Part shown: positions 61,960 through 64,000 of the stretch, piece after piece | How the letters are laid out: every line of letters starts with the position of its first letter | How positions within the stretch are numbered: the stretch's first letter is position 1 | NCBI GenBank assembly: GCA_036785375.1 | Contig: JAWMAR010000085.1 | Span: 7,688,001 to 7,752,000 of the forward strand | Origin: Leucoraja ocellata | Taxonomy: Eukaryota | Reading direction: 5' to 3' | DNA length: 64,000 nt | The notes under the pieces: model-generated | What the model saw: the letters and a program-made list of their open reading frames with translations, nothing else | What the model was told of the DNA's origin: nothing | Database searches by the model: none | Program-made: the position numbers and the translations under genes

Positions 61960-63290
61960 TAGACATAGATACATAGACAATAGGTGCAGGAGTAGGCCAT
62001 TTGGCTCCTCGAGCCAGCACCCTATTCAATGTGATCATGACTGATCATCCACAGTCAGTACCCCGTTCCTGCCTTTTCCCCATACCCCTTGCTTCCACTT
62101 GCCCTAAGAGCTCTAACTCCCTCTTGAATGCACCAAGTGAATCGGCCTCCACTGCCTTCTGAGGCAGAGAATTCCACAAATTCATAACTCTGTGTGAAAA
62201 AGTTTTTCCTCATCTCAGTTCTAAATGGCTTACCCCCTTATTCTTAAACTGTGGCCCCTGTTTCTGGACTCCCCCAACATCGGGAACATGTTTCCTGCAT
62301 CTAGCGTGTCCAAGCCCTTAATAATTTAATATGTTTCTATAACATTCCCTCTCATCTTTCTAAATTCCAGTGAATGCAAGCCCAATCGCTCCATTCTTTC
62401 ATCATATGACAGTCCTGCCATCCCGGGAATTAACCTTGTGAACCTACGCTGCACTCCCTCAATAGCAAGAATGTCCTTCCTCAAATTAGGAGACCAAAAC
62501 TATACACAATACTCCAGGTGTGGTCTCACCAGGGCCCTGTACAACTGCAGAAGAACCTCTTTGCTCCTATACACAACTCCTCTCGTTATGAAGGCCAACG
62601 TGCCATTAGCTTTCTTCACTGCCTGTTGTACCTGTATGTTTCCTTTCAGTGACTGATGTACTAGGACACCCAGGTCTCGTTTTACTTCCCCTTTTCCAAA
62701 CCTGACAACATTCCAATAATTATCTGCCTTCCCGTTCTTACCTCCAAAGTGGATAACCTCACATTATACTGCATACAGGTTCGACCAGTCCCGACGCGAG
62801 GTCCGATCGCCCGGCGCGGGGGAGCTGACATCCCCCCGATGCGGGAGCTTGATCGCCTCGACACGGAGGGCCCGAATGCTGCCGGCTACGGGAGTCAAGA
62901 TCATCCCGTCAACGGGGGCTCGAGGTCCACGACCGAGGAAGAACAAAAGGAAGAGACTTGAACTTTATTTCACCTTCCATCACAGTGAGGAATGTGTAGG
63001 AGTCACTGTGGTGGATGTTCATGTTAAAATGTGTTTTCAAGTGATCTGTTGCTTTTAATTGTATCACTGACCTGGCCAATAAAATTCCTCGTATGTTGCA
63101 AAACATACTTGGCAAATAAAGTGTGATTCTGATTCTGATTCTGATCTGTCATGCATCTGCCCTCTCACTGAACCTGTCCAAGTCACTCTGCATCCTCGAA
63201 GCATCCTCTTCACAATGCACACTGCCACCCAGCTTTGTGTCATCTGCAAATTTGCTAATGTTACTTTTAATTCCTTCATCTAAATCATTA
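61960..63290 (-). mobile_element. CR1 3' fragment interrupted by a CpG-rich element (62778-63145)
   Basis: CR1 sequence ...TTATACTGCAT|CTGTCATGCATCTGCC... is continuous once the insert is removed. Confidence 0.85.
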
Positions 63291-64000
63291 GATTAAGTGC
63301 AATGTCTGCAATGGGGTAGAGGTGAATAGAACAGTGCCCTAGTTTATGGATAGATTGTGTAGAAACCTGATAACAGAGGGGAAGAATCTATTCCCAAGTC
63401 TGGTGGTGCGAGCTTTCAAGCTTCTGTACCTTCTTCCAGACGGGAGCAGGAAGGAGTAACAAGGATGAGACAAGTCATTGATTATGTTCTCCACTCTTCA
63501 GAGGCAGTGTGAAGTGTAGATGGAGTCATCTGGTCTGTGTGATGGACTGAACTACATCTAAAACTCTATGCAATTTCTCATGGTCTTGAGCAGAGCTCAA
63601 TCATGTCCACTTTGGCCCCATAGTTGCTGATTGGGGCATGTACTCCACCATGCTTCCTGAAGTCGATAACTCACATTTTCTAGTGTTAGGCCCATGAACA
63701 AAATGTTACCTGGTCACTGCGTCTAACTGTTAGCTCCAAATTTCTGAGCATCTATTCCATGCAGTAATTTGTTCCCAGAAACCAACTTACAAAGAGGAAT
63801 TGTTTGATTACATGGCCACTTGTCACCGTGCAGCCTGAGGAACCTGCAGTCCATGAGTTACTTTTGAATAGCCAGCAGGAGTAACATTACATTTGGCATG
63901 ATAATGTGTGAGTGCTTTGATTAATTATTAATTTGGAGCACATTTGCACAAGAAAGATGCAAACACAGCAACTACACAGCAGCTTTTTGGATATAAAACC

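Overview
Eukaryotic, repeat-dense DNA, most likely from a cartilaginous fish (skate/ray-like; inferred from the SINE, CR1 and Penelope repeat types). The only host gene visible is IGSF3 (EWI family), with four phase-1 Ig-domain exons on + (30176-30583, 31852-32241, 36630-37031, 39591-39989). The rest appears to be intronic. The main insertion is a complete DIRS1-like tyrosine-recombinase retrotransposon (40760-46048). Its ORFs (gag, RT, RNase H, DAM-like methyltransferase, YR) are decayed, but its internal complementary region still matches both ends perfectly. It sits in a SINE via an ATT core and carries a CR1 fragment. Other elements: (1) about 20 Penelope-derived termini with minimal hammerhead-ribozyme motifs, several as TSD-flanked palindromes, plus a GIY-YIG remnant; (2) a near full-length CR1 LINE; (3) many tRNA-derived SINEs; (4) Rex1/Babar-like and Tx1-like LINE remnants; (5) Harbinger and hAT/P-type MITEs, one triple-nested; (6) a CpG-rich non-coding retroposon family with conserved hairpins and exchanged LINE-like 3' tails. 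Family names come from motif recognition, not database searches. Coordinates of degenerate repeats are approximate.
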